Assembly (NCBI GenBank): GCA_964246215.1
Contig: CAXTPQ010000005.1
Coordinates: 39,738-101,816, forward strand
Direction of reading: 5' to 3'
DNA: 62,079 nt
Source of the DNA: an uncultured Terriglobus sp.
GTDB taxonomy: Bacteria > Acidobacteriota > Terriglobia > Terriglobales > Acidobacteriaceae
Below the pieces are notes generated by a model, which was not told the DNA's origin, made no database searches, and was given only the letters and a program-made list of their open reading frames with translations. The position numbers and the translations under genes were made by a program. This document shows, piece after piece, positions 1-11,424 of the stretch (positions are counted from its first letter, which is position 1; every line of letters starts with the position of its first letter).

Positions 1-69
1 CGCGTTCAGGTGCTGCTGCAGAAGAACGGAAGCCGTGAGCGTACCGCGGAAGATCTGGAATTGAATTGA
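1..69 (+). CDS. 3' end of a CDS entering from the left edge (product unknown)
   Basis: Frame +1 is open (RVQVLLQKNGSRERTAEDLELN) to TGA at 67-69 and converges on the NUDIX gene. Confidence 0.5.
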   Translation, partial: RVQVLLQKNGSRERTAEDLELN

Positions 70-77
70 GGCTTGCT

Positions 78-572
78 CTAAGCTGCCGGGATGGCAAGTT
101 TGCCGTCCGCCAGGTCACGGATCAGGCCAACGTCCGCTGTTAAGAAGTCGAAGAGCGGCAGGCTCTCAAAATCCGACCAGCGAATCTCCTGAAAGATGCG
201 GTTGTCCAGTTCACCGGAGAAGCTCCGCACGACAAAGAACTGCAGATCTACGGCACCACCATTGCGATAGTTGTGGCGGATTTGGGTCACGGGCGGGCCA
301 ATCTCCGCGTGAATTCCTAATTCTTCGTTCAATTCGCGCCGCAGTGCTTGCGTGGGGGACTCACCGGCTTCGATTTTGCCGCCAGGAAACTCCCATTTCA
401 GGGCCATTGGCTGGTCCGCTTTACGCTGGCAGATCAGCACTTCTTCGCGTCCATCAGGTGCCGCACGCAGGATCAGGGCAGCGACCACGAGCCGCAATGT
501 CCGTGTCCCGCCGTTGTCACCGCCAGAGTTCAAGGTGGAGCCCCTCCCGAGTTTGCGTATCCCTTTGCCCAA
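78..572 (-). CDS. mutT: MutT-like NUDIX (d)NTP pyrophosphohydrolase
   Basis: Nudix box WEFPGGKIEAGESPTQALRRELNEELG; exact start uncertain. Confidence 0.85.
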   Translation of the reverse strand: MGKGIRKLGRGSTLNSGGDNGGTRTLRLVVAALILRAAPDGREEVLICQRKADQPMALKWEFPGGKIEAGESPTQALRRELNEELGIHAEIGPPVTQIRHNYRNGGAVDLQFFVVRSFSGELDNRIFQEIRWSDFESLPLFDFLTADVGLIRDLADGKLAIPAA

Positions 573-598
573 GATGCGCCACTGTCCTCACCATGAGA

Positions 599-1387
599 TT
601 AGACGCTACCTGCGTCCGCGGCAGCGGCTTGTTCGCCGCGGTAAGTGAGGGAGACCGGAAAGTACACAGGCCAACCGCGTTCCGTTGCCAGGTTCTGCAG
701 CCTGGGATTGGGATTGACCGCAAATGGCTGCCGCGCAAGCTCCAGCATGGCCGCGTCATGAATGCTGTTGCCGAAAACCAGGTCAGGGCGGGCCAAACCG
801 ACGCGATGAAGCGCTGTAGCTTTTCCTTCGTCAGAGGGTACATCCACTAGCGCGGCCGTGACGTGGCCATCGCTGCTTGCCACACAGGCGGCCAGAACGC
901 GGTCGGGAGTGATGCCGAGTTCGCGCACACCCTCCTCAATGAGCCAGTTGTTGGTCGAGCTTACCGCCCAAATCTCCACGCCTTTGCGTTTCAGCTCGCG
1001 GATGAGCTCCACCATCACCGGGTAGAGATGCGGCTGGACTAGCTGCCGGAAGTACTCACGCGCGCTCTGGCGGACCACGCTCTCGGGCAGTCCCTCGTAG
1101 ACCTGCACCATCTCTCCACAGATGGTGATCTCGTCGACTTCGCCGCGATGGTAGCTCGCATGACGTGCATGCAACCACTCGGTCTTCTCCGCCGTGAGCA
1201 GGCCGGTGGTCATGGTCCAGCGCATGAAGCCGGAACCCGCATCGCCCGGCCAAAGTGTGCCATCGTAGTCGAAGACCGCCGTTGCGGGTTGGGTTGCGTA
1301 CACCCGCTCCAGAAACTCCTCGGTTCTCAAGCCATTCAGTGCTGGCAGGTTGGAAAGAGCGGATGACATCGCGGCAGGATTGGGCAT
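599..1387 (-). CDS. HAD-superfamily hydrolase (subfamily IB, phosphoserine phosphatase-like)
   Basis: Motif I FDYDGTL, motif II VSST, K, motif IV GNSIHD; start placed at ATG 1387. Confidence 0.8.
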   Translation of the reverse strand: MPNPAAMSSALSNLPALNGLRTEEFLERVYATQPATAVFDYDGTLWPGDAGSGFMRWTMTTGLLTAEKTEWLHARHASYHRGEVDEITICGEMVQVYEGLPESVVRQSAREYFRQLVQPHLYPVMVELIRELKRKGVEIWAVSSTNNWLIEEGVRELGITPDRVLAACVASSDGHVTAALVDVPSDEGKATALHRVGLARPDLVFGNSIHDAAMLELARQPFAVNPNPRLQNLATERGWPVYFPVSLTYRGEQAAAADAGSV

Positions 1388-1553
1388 AGGTCCATCATCG
1401 CAAATAGGGCAGCCGGTGCGAGGCCGTGCCACGCGGTGGGAGAGGTACTCCGCCTGAAACCTCTGCGGAGATTCCGCATCCTATACTGTGAAACTGTGGT
1501 GTATATCCACACGCCAGGGTGGCGAAGTTCGCCTCGGCAAGAGAGGGATCCAA

Positions 1554-1898
1554 ATGGCTGGTCAGTTCGTCACAGAAGTGAACGATGCAGATTTCGAGCA
1601 GGCAGTGCTGAAAAGCGAGACACCGGTTCTGGTGGACTTTTGGGCTGCGTGGTGCGGACCCTGTCGCGCACTGGCACCTGTGGTCGATCAGGTTGCCAGT
1701 GAATATCAGGGAAAGCTGAAAGTCATGAAGATGGACGTGGACCGCAACAACGCCACGCCCGGCCGGTACGGCATTCGCGGCATTCCGGCTCTTCTGGTCT
1801 TCAAAGACGGCAAAGTTGCGGACCAGATTGTCGGCTATGTTCCGAAGGACACGATCGACAAGTCAGTCAGCAAGGTGCTCGCGACCGTCTCTGCGTAA
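1554..1898 (+). CDS. trxA: Thioredoxin
   Basis: DFWAAWCGPC active site and GIP cis-Pro; GAGAGG RBS before ATG 1554. Confidence 0.95.
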   Translation: MAGQFVTEVNDADFEQAVLKSETPVLVDFWAAWCGPCRALAPVVDQVASEYQGKLKVMKMDVDRNNATPGRYGIRGIPALLVFKDGKVADQIVGYVPKDTIDKSVSKVLATVSA

Positions 1899-1918
1899 TT
1901 TAAGCATTTCAATACTTT

Positions 1919-1949
1919 GAGAAAGCCCGGCAAATTGCCGGGCTTTCTC
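1919..1949. terminator. Intrinsic terminator after trxA (symmetric, possibly bidirectional)
   Basis: Perfect 15-bp inverted repeat GAGAAAGCCCGGCAA-A-TTGCCGGGCTTTCTC. Confidence 0.8.
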
Positions 1950-2003
1950 CGTTGTGACGTTCTTCATTCCACGCTGTAAATCCGTCGGTGTGCAAGGGCT
2001 GGA

Positions 2004-2009
2004 TACACT
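2004..2009 (+). promoter_or_regulatory. -10 element of a probable leaderless promoter
   Basis: TACACT 6 nt before ATG 2016, no SD. Confidence 0.55.
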
Positions 2010-2015
2010 CTTCCT

Positions 2016-3449
2016 ATGCTCGAGTTGGTATTTTTCCGCCTGCTTACGGTCGCGGTTTTAATTCTTGCCACTGCGTTTTTTGTGGCGGCGGAGTTTGCGA
2101 TCGTCTCCGTGCGCGAAACCCGGCTGGAGCAGATGGTTGGGCAGAATCGCATTGGCGCGCGAGCTGCTCTGAAGCTCAAACGTGAGATGAGCGACTTTCT
2201 AGCGGCAAACCAGCTGGGTGTTACTCTGTGCTCCCTCACGCTTGGCTGGCTCGGGGAACAGGGCATCGCAGAAGTCCTGGAGTATGCGGCCCGCCGGTCC
2301 GGTGTGCTGTCGAGCCTTCCACCACTCCGTGCCCACAGTACGCTGCTGGCGCACGGCTTTGGGGTTGTCGCGGCATTCTCTCTGATCACTTTCCTGGAGG
2401 TGGTCGTTGGAGAGCAGGTTCCAAAGTCACTCTCATTGCAGCGCAACGAGCGGATCGCTCTGGCGGTGGCCGCACCGATGGATGTTTTTATTCAGATCAC
2501 CCGGCCGGCGGTTCGCCTGCTGAAAGTCTCCACTTCGGCCGTCCTCCGCCTTTTCCGTGTGCCACTGCACGCCGAGGGTGGTGAGGTTCACTCGCCGGAT
2601 GAGATCAAGCTGGTGGCCACGGCCACCCGCGAGGGCGGCTTGCTGCCCGCCTTTCAGGAACGCATGATTCACCACGTTATTGACCTGAATCATGTGACAG
2701 TCCGTGAAATCATGACGCCTCGCGGACGCATCTTCTGCCTTCCAGCGGACATGCCCGTGGAACTGGCCTCCGCGCGCATTGTGGAAGAGCAGCACTCACG
2801 TGTGCCGGTGTACGATCCGGCGCTGGGCACGGAACATATCATTGGCATCGTTTACTCGAAAGACGTATCGAGGCTCATGCATTTTCGCCGGGACAGCCGG
2901 TTGCCTGCTGCCTATGGCAATGCCGTGCTGCAACTGCGGATGGTGATGCGGGATGTGCTGGTGGTGCCGGAAACCAAGCTGGCGGTGGAACTGCTGACCG
3001 AGTTTCAGGAGCGCCGCCGGCAGATGGCCATTGTTGTGGATGAGTTCGGTACAACGGTGGGCCTGGTCACGGCGGAAGATGCCTTGGAGCAAGTGGTGGG
3101 TGAGCTCCACGATGAGTTCGATGTGACCAGCCTGAATCTCTCGTCATTGCAGCAGGCAAGCGGCAGGTATGACCTGGACGGAACAGTGACGTTGCGTGAT
3201 CTGACAACGCAGCTGCACTGGACATTTCCGCGTGTCGCCGGCATTGAAACACTTGCCGGATTCATTTTGTCTCAGCTTGGCCATTTGCCCGAACGTGGCG
3301 AAACCGTTCACCATGGTGGCCTCGCGTTCACCGTGGCGGAACTGACAGGGCGCCGCATCAGCACCATTCACGTGGAGACGGACCGGCACGGGCAGGCCAC
3401 CGGACCGCAGGCCATGAGCACGGAGGAGAAGGCGGCGGTCGCCCATTGA
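2016..3449 (+). CDS. CNNM/DUF21-CBS-CorC (hemolysin C family) divalent cation transporter-like protein
   Basis: FFVAAEFAIVS, QLGVT..SL.LGW.GE, GEQVPK, IMTPR, HSRVPV, VVDEFG..GLVT.ED, C-terminal CorC ETLAG. Confidence 0.9.
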   Translation: MLELVFFRLLTVAVLILATAFFVAAEFAIVSVRETRLEQMVGQNRIGARAALKLKREMSDFLAANQLGVTLCSLTLGWLGEQGIAEVLEYAARRSGVLSSLPPLRAHSTLLAHGFGVVAAFSLITFLEVVVGEQVPKSLSLQRNERIALAVAAPMDVFIQITRPAVRLLKVSTSAVLRLFRVPLHAEGGEVHSPDEIKLVATATREGGLLPAFQERMIHHVIDLNHVTVREIMTPRGRIFCLPADMPVELASARIVEEQHSRVPVYDPALGTEHIIGIVYSKDVSRLMHFRRDSRLPAAYGNAVLQLRMVMRDVLVVPETKLAVELLTEFQERRRQMAIVVDEFGTTVGLVTAEDALEQVVGELHDEFDVTSLNLSSLQQASGRYDLDGTVTLRDLTTQLHWTFPRVAGIETLAGFILSQLGHLPERGETVHHGGLAFTVAELTGRRISTIHVETDRHGQATGPQAMSTEEKAAVAH

Positions 3450-4444
3450 TGCGGCATGCGGCTCGCTCATTCCACCCTCCGGCCTCATTCCGGGCGGCAT
3501 TGCCGTTGCTGCGCCGCCTGTTGCTGACCCTGCCTGTGCTCTGGCTGATCGTTTCATTCGTGTTTCTGCTCATCCATCTTGTACCCGGCGACCCGGTGAC
3601 CCAGATGATGGGCGAGGGTGCCAGCGCAACGGACTTATCCGCACTGCGCCATGCCTATGGTCTGGATGTGCCGCTGCCTCAGCAATACCTGCGTTACTGG
3701 TGGGGTATTTTTCATGGCGACCTGGGCACCTCTCTGCGTTCTCATGAGCCGGTGTTGCGTTTGATTGCGCAACGCTACCCGTACACCTTGCTGCTGTCTG
3801 TGCTGTCGCTTCTGCTGGCCCTTGCCATGGCGATTCCCGCGGGTCTTACATCCGCATTGCGGCAGGGCAGGGCAGCCGACCGGGTGCTCGGGTTGCTTTC
3901 GCTGGTTGGCTTGTCATTTCCCAACTTCGCGCTCGGCCCGATTCTGATCATCCTGCTCTCGATCCGGCTGGGCTGGCTGCCCGTCTCCGGCGCGGGTGCC
4001 GGGCCGCTCTTGGGTGTGGACACGCTGCTCCACCTTTTGCTGCCGGCGGTTACGCTGGCCCTGTCACTCGCCGCCATCCTGACGCGCATGGTGCGCACCT
4101 CCATGCTGGAGGAACTGGGCCAGGACTACATCCGCACCGCGCGGGCCAAAGGGTTGAGCGAGTCGCGCGTCCTGTACCGCCATGCGCTGCGCAACGCGCT
4201 TATGCCGGTGCTGACGGTGGTCGGGCTCCAGTTTGGTTCGCTGCTGGCTGGTGCCATTGTGACGGAAACGATCTTTTCCTGGCCGGGAATCGGGCGGTTG
4301 ACCATCTCCAGCATCGGCAACCGCGACTATGCCGTGGTGCAGGGCTGCACGCTTGCCATTGGACTCACGTATCTTGCGGCCAATCTGCTCACTGACCTGG
4401 CGTATACGCTGGCAAATCCGCGCCTTCGCAAAACAACCGCGTAG
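3446..4444 (+). CDS. DppB/OppB/NikB-family ABC transporter permease
   Basis: PGDP, GDLGTS, EAA loop QDYIRTARAKGL..VLYRHALRNA, ETIFSWPGIG. Confidence 0.9.
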   Translation: MMRHAARSFHPPASFRAALPLLRRLLLTLPVLWLIVSFVFLLIHLVPGDPVTQMMGEGASATDLSALRHAYGLDVPLPQQYLRYWWGIFHGDLGTSLRSHEPVLRLIAQRYPYTLLLSVLSLLLALAMAIPAGLTSALRQGRAADRVLGLLSLVGLSFPNFALGPILIILLSIRLGWLPVSGAGAGPLLGVDTLLHLLLPAVTLALSLAAILTRMVRTSMLEELGQDYIRTARAKGLSESRVLYRHALRNALMPVLTVVGLQFGSLLAGAIVTETIFSWPGIGRLTISSIGNRDYAVVQGCTLAIGLTYLAANLLTDLAYTLANPRLRKTTA

Positions 4445-4470
4445 CGCGTAGCTCGCATACACTGGTCTGC

Positions 4471-5166
4471 GTGAGGCCTCCTTTTCATCTGATGTTCGTT
4501 CTTTGCCTGGCTCTATGCAGCGCAATGCTTGTTCCGGTGGCAATTTTGCGCGCTCAGCAGACGCCAAGTCCGAAGCCGGTCATCCCGCGCATGCCCTCCC
4601 GCGATCTGAAGGGGTACACGATTCCGGCCGAGCCGGAGCATCCCGAGCCGTCCGCGACAAGCTTTTCCGATCCCAAGTACAAGGTCTCCTTTCATGTCCC
4701 GGCGGGCTGGAACTTTGAAAGGCATGACGGGCTGCTGTCCAACTTCGGTGTGGAGACACGCTCCGTGGTCCGAAGGACAGATGTGCGAGGTGTGGCGGCC
4801 ATCAACTTCAATCCCTGGCCGGTAACGACCTTTGCCGGAGCACTCTTTTACTATTCCGTCGTGCCTCGCGCCAGCGCGGAAATGTGCGCCGCTCAATTAC
4901 AGCGTGGCCACGCCAAGCCGCTGGGCGACGCGGAAATCTCCGGCTTGACCTTTCGTCATGGCCGCGACGAGCACGGGAGAGTGTGCACGGAAGCGCGCGA
5001 CGAAATCTTCACCGCGATGCGCGGGAATGCCTGCCTCCGCTTCGATCTGGTGGTGAACACCTTCTGCGCGGAGACGAGCGGCGCGATGGAAATCAATGCG
5101 ATGCAGCTGAAGGATGTCGACAGCCGTCTTGCGAACATTCTTGGGTCCGTCAAGATTGACCGTTAG
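4471..5166 (+). CDS. Hypothetical secreted protein
   Basis: Signal-peptide-like N-terminus, Pro-rich linker, four Cys in the mature part; TACACT 7 nt upstream of GTG. Confidence 0.65.
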   Translation: MRPPFHLMFVLCLALCSAMLVPVAILRAQQTPSPKPVIPRMPSRDLKGYTIPAEPEHPEPSATSFSDPKYKVSFHVPAGWNFERHDGLLSNFGVETRSVVRRTDVRGVAAINFNPWPVTTFAGALFYYSVVPRASAEMCAAQLQRGHAKPLGDAEISGLTFRHGRDEHGRVCTEARDEIFTAMRGNACLRFDLVVNTFCAETSGAMEINAMQLKDVDSRLANILGSVKIDR

Positions 5167-5169
5167 CGG

Positions 5170-5658
5170 TTAGGACGCGGGAAAGGTCTTCATCTTGATC
5201 TCAAGTGAACCGTTCTGGATCGTTGCCATGGCCATGGAAATCGGCAGCCGGAAGCGCCGCGGGCCCACACTGCCCGGATTTAGGTAGAGGACTCCGTTGC
5301 GGCGCTCCTGCGCGGGCTGGTGTGAGTGTCCGTACACCACGATATCCACGCCGGCCGCCACGGGGTCCAGATCGAGATCGGCAATTGCATGGACCAGGTA
5401 AAACGTCAGCCCGCCAAGCTGAACCATCTCCGTGGCAGGCAGGGCAGAGAGCGGCGGCTCTGTGTCGACGTTGCCACGGATAGCAGTGAGCGGAGCAAGC
5501 TCCTGCAGGGTTCGCAGAACGGCTTCGCTGCCCAGGTCTCCCGCGTGCAGGATGTGATCGACGGCCTCTAGTTCCGCGAGTACAGCAGGCCGCAACAGGC
5601 CGTGAGTGTCTGAAAGAATGGCGATTTGCAATCGAGTTCTCCGCTCGGCAATCAGCAT
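5170..5658 (-). CDS. YfcE/MJ0936-type metallophosphoesterase
   Basis: SDTHG, HAGD, RGNVD, GHSH, NPGS motifs; start 5658 (ATG) or 5631 (TTG). Confidence 0.85.
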   Translation of the reverse strand: MLIAERRTRLQIAILSDTHGLLRPAVLAELEAVDHILHAGDLGSEAVLRTLQELAPLTAIRGNVDTEPPLSALPATEMVQLGGLTFYLVHAIADLDLDPVAAGVDIVVYGHSHQPAQERRNGVLYLNPGSVGPRRFRLPISMAMATIQNGSLEIKMKTFPAS

Positions 5659-5740
5659 GTTGCATCGTTGCCGTTTCTGAACCATGATCAACCAGGTACG
5701 GCGAGTCGCGTATCGCTCTGAGGAAACGGATAATCGATTC

Positions 5741-6697
5741 GTGCAGAAGCAAGCAAGCGCAATGCCGGGCCCGGAGCACAGCACGCAGGATGCGCGTCTC
5801 CTGCGCGAGTATCTGACGTACCTGCATGTGGAGCGCGGTCTGCGGCCACTGAGCTGCGCCAGCTATGGCAAGGACTTGGAGCAATTTGCAGAGTTCCTGG
5901 AATCGAGCAACCGAGTGTTGTTCAAAGCGACGCATGCCGACGTTGCCGGATGGATGCAGCATCTGCGTACCCACGACCGCACCGACCGGTCCATCGCGCG
6001 CAAGCTGAGCTGCCTGCGCGGTTTTTACAAATGGCTCTTGCTGGATAAGCGCATCGCCCACGATCCCACAATCCACGTTGATTCTCCCTCAACCTGGAAA
6101 GTGCTGCCAAAATCTCTTGCAGAATCTGAAGTGCGCACCATGCTGGATGGTGCAGCTATGAGCGCCGGCCATCCGCAGGCAGACGCTCTGGCCTTGCGCG
6201 ACCACGCCATCCTGGAAGTGCTGTACGGCGGGGGGCTTCGCGCGGGAGAGGTCGTTGCCTTGCGCGTCGAGGACCTTCACCTGGATCAAGGCCGTGCGCA
6301 GCTTCGCGGCAAGGGCGACAAGGAACGCATTGTGCCGCTTGGCGCACCGGCCTGTGCCGCCCTGCGGACCTATCTGGAACGAGGCCGCGTCTCGCTGGTG
6401 AGCCGTGGCCTGCAGCGCACGCTCTTTCTGTCGCACACGGGAAAGCCACTCACGACCCAATGGATGTGGAAGATCGTGAAGAGCCGCGATGCAACGGCCA
6501 GCCCGCACCGGTTGCGGCACAGCTGCGCCACACACATGGTGGAGCATGGGGCTGACCTGCGCAGCGTGCAGATCCTTCTGGGCCATGCGGACATCGCGAC
6601 CACGCAGGTCTACACGCATCTTGCCTTGGGCCGGCTCAAAGAGGTGCATCGCGCGCATCACCCCCGGGGGCGCCGCAGAGTGGAAGCAGGCGCGTGA
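5741..6697 (+). CDS. xerD: Tyrosine recombinase XerD
   Basis: SAM-like N-domain; [51 protein letters not shown]; start GTG 5741 follows GATAAT. Confidence 0.8.
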   Translation: MQKQASAMPGPEHSTQDARLLREYLTYLHVERGLRPLSCASYGKDLEQFAEFLESSNRVLFKATHADVAGWMQHLRTHDRTDRSIARKLSCLRGFYKWLLLDKRIAHDPTIHVDSPSTWKVLPKSLAESEVRTMLDGAAMSAGHPQADALALRDHAILEVLYGGGLRAGEVVALRVEDLHLDQGRAQLRGKGDKERIVPLGAPACAALRTYLERGRVSLVSRGLQRTLFLSHTGKPLTTQWMWKIVKSRDATASPHRLRHSCATHMVEHGADLRSVQILLGHADIATTQVYTHLALGRLKEVHRAHHPRGRRRVEAGA

Positions 6698-7674
6698 GTT
6701 CTTCCCTCAGAAGCCTTGCCGATGATTTTCTGAAGACGATTGCCCAGGAGCGGTCTGCTTCCGGGCACACGCTGCGGGCCTATACGCGAGAAGTCCATGC
6801 GTTTGCAGAGTTCCTGTGCGAGCTGCTGGGACCGGAGGTGGCGATCCTCTCGGTCGAGCACACTCATATCCGGGCTTACCTGGCCGCGCTTTATCAACGT
6901 GGGCTCACGCGAGCCTCGGCGGCGCGGGCGCTTGCCGCCATCCGCTCCTGGTTCAAGTGGATGGCCCGCGCCGGATACATCGAGCAGAATCCCGCGTCGC
7001 TGGTCAGCACGCCCAAATTGCCGAAGCATCTGCCACGCGTGCCTTCCGCAGAGGAGGTCAATCGCGTGCTCGACGGCATCGCGGAGCAAGGCAAGCCCGC
7101 AGAGGCCTGTAGTGGCTTGGGTCCAGTCGTCGCTTCCCATCCCTCCTGGCCGGAGCGTGACCGCGTCATCTGGGAACTGCTCTATGGCTGCGGCATCCGG
7201 AATTCTGAGCTGGTCGGCATCAATGTCGAGAACATTCATTGGGCGAATGACGCGATCCTGGTGCGCGGTAAGGGCCGCAAAGAGCGCTATGTGCCTCTGG
7301 GCGACGCTGCAGCGGAAGCGGTCCGGGCGTACGAAGCGTCCCGCGCCGCAACGCTGACCGGGGCGATGAAGTTATCGATGCTGAAGAAAGGGCCACTGCT
7401 GATCAACCGGACCGCACGGGGAGCGGCACGGCTCACCACACGCTCGGTTGGCCGGATTGTGAAGAGCATCGCGGTCGCCCGTGGGCTGCCGGCCGACGTG
7501 CACCCGCACACGTTGCGGCACGCTTTCGGCACGCACATGTTGGAAGAGGGTGCGGACCTGCGTGCCATCCAGGAGCTGCTGGGTCACGAGCGGCTTTCCA
7601 CCACGCAGCGCTATACCCAACTCACCGTAAACCAGATCGAACAGGTCTACGACCGGACACATCCACGAGCCTGA
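6694..7674 (+). CDS. xerC: Tyrosine recombinase XerC
   Basis: [56 protein letters not shown]. Confidence 0.8.
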   Translation: MSSSLRSLADDFLKTIAQERSASGHTLRAYTREVHAFAEFLCELLGPEVAILSVEHTHIRAYLAALYQRGLTRASAARALAAIRSWFKWMARAGYIEQNPASLVSTPKLPKHLPRVPSAEEVNRVLDGIAEQGKPAEACSGLGPVVASHPSWPERDRVIWELLYGCGIRNSELVGINVENIHWANDAILVRGKGRKERYVPLGDAAAEAVRAYEASRAATLTGAMKLSMLKKGPLLINRTARGAARLTTRSVGRIVKSIAVARGLPADVHPHTLRHAFGTHMLEEGADLRAIQELLGHERLSTTQRYTQLTVNQIEQVYDRTHPRA

Positions 7675-7822
7675 GAGAACACCGGACTCAAAGACCTGCG
7701 CGCGATATACTTAGGTATCGTGTTCTGACAGTGCGCCTCGACCGCCAATGGTGGAAGAGCGTGGCCACGGAACATCCGGCTGGCGTGCTCACACGAGGCG
7801 TGCTCAGACGCAGGGAAAAGCT

Positions 7823-10744
<2,922 letters not shown>

Positions 10745-10760
10745 CGAGACGAAGCACCTC

Positions 10761-10784
10761 GGTCATTCCGACGAAAGCGGGACC
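10761..10784. repeat. Degenerate REP-like palindrome (GTCATTCCG...)
   Basis: GGTCATTCCGACGAAAGCGGGACC forms a weak hairpin between convergent genes; shares a GTCAT head with elements at 26.3 and 46.1 kb. Confidence 0.3.
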
Positions 10785-10839
10785 GGCAGTCAGAGGCCTT
10801 CAGCCTGTGGCTACCAGTCCCGTATCAAATGGGACTCAC

Positions 10840-11424
10840 TTACTTGAGAAGGTCATCCAGCAGCACCTTGGCCTTTGTTGCCAAGGTGTGCGCCGCTTCC
10901 ACGTCAGAGGCGTTCCACGATTCCTGCGCCTGCCGGATGTACAGCCGTGCCTGCTCCACGTCCGCCTTGTGATCGTTCACGAACGAACCCTGCAGGCCAT
11001 TCACCCGCTGCGTTTCAGAGTGAATCAGGTCAATGGTTTGCTGCCGGAGATTGCTGGAAGTTTCTCCGCCAGCGCTGAGCTGACCCAGGCGGATGGGCGG
11101 TGGGGCAGTGCTTGCCGTTGTCTGCTGTGGAAGCGGCGCAGCAGGCGCTGTGACAGCAGCGGGCGGCGGCGTTGTAGCGGCAACTGTTGCGGACCGGCGC
11201 GTCCGCGTGGGCTTTTTGACTGGTTTTTCTGGTGGCGGTGCCACGGTCACCACAGGCTTGAGTGGGGCGGGCAGCGGTTCCGTCGGGTGTGTCGGCGGAG
11301 GTACGCTCACCATCACCGGCGCAATCTCCGGCGGCGCGGGCGGCAGAGCGAAGACCTGCTTGGCGTGGCGGTGGCAGCCAGACAGCGGCAGCAGGCAGCA
11401 CAGAATCAGCAAAGCTCGCTTCAT
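10840..11424 (-). CDS. Pro-rich lipoprotein with a helical C-terminal domain
   Basis: MKRALLILCCLLPLSGC lipobox; overlaps the kinase stop codon. Confidence 0.75.
   Translation of the reverse strand: MKRALLILCCLLPLSGCHRHAKQVFALPPAPPEIAPVMVSVPPPTHPTEPLPAPLKPVVTVAPPPEKPVKKPTRTRRSATVAATTPPPAAVTAPAAPLPQQTTASTAPPPIRLGQLSAGGETSSNLRQQTIDLIHSETQRVNGLQGSFVNDHKADVEQARLYIRQAQESWNASDVEAAHTLATKAKVLLDDLLK

Noticed and set aside
2016-3449. Hemolysin toxin
   Set aside because: The family name is historical; the domain layout is that of CNNM/CorC metal transport proteins.
5741-7747. Integron, RIT element or prophage integrase interpretation of the recombinase pair
   Set aside because: Only two recombinases, Xer-type motifs, no attC arrays, terminal repeats, tRNA or cargo.
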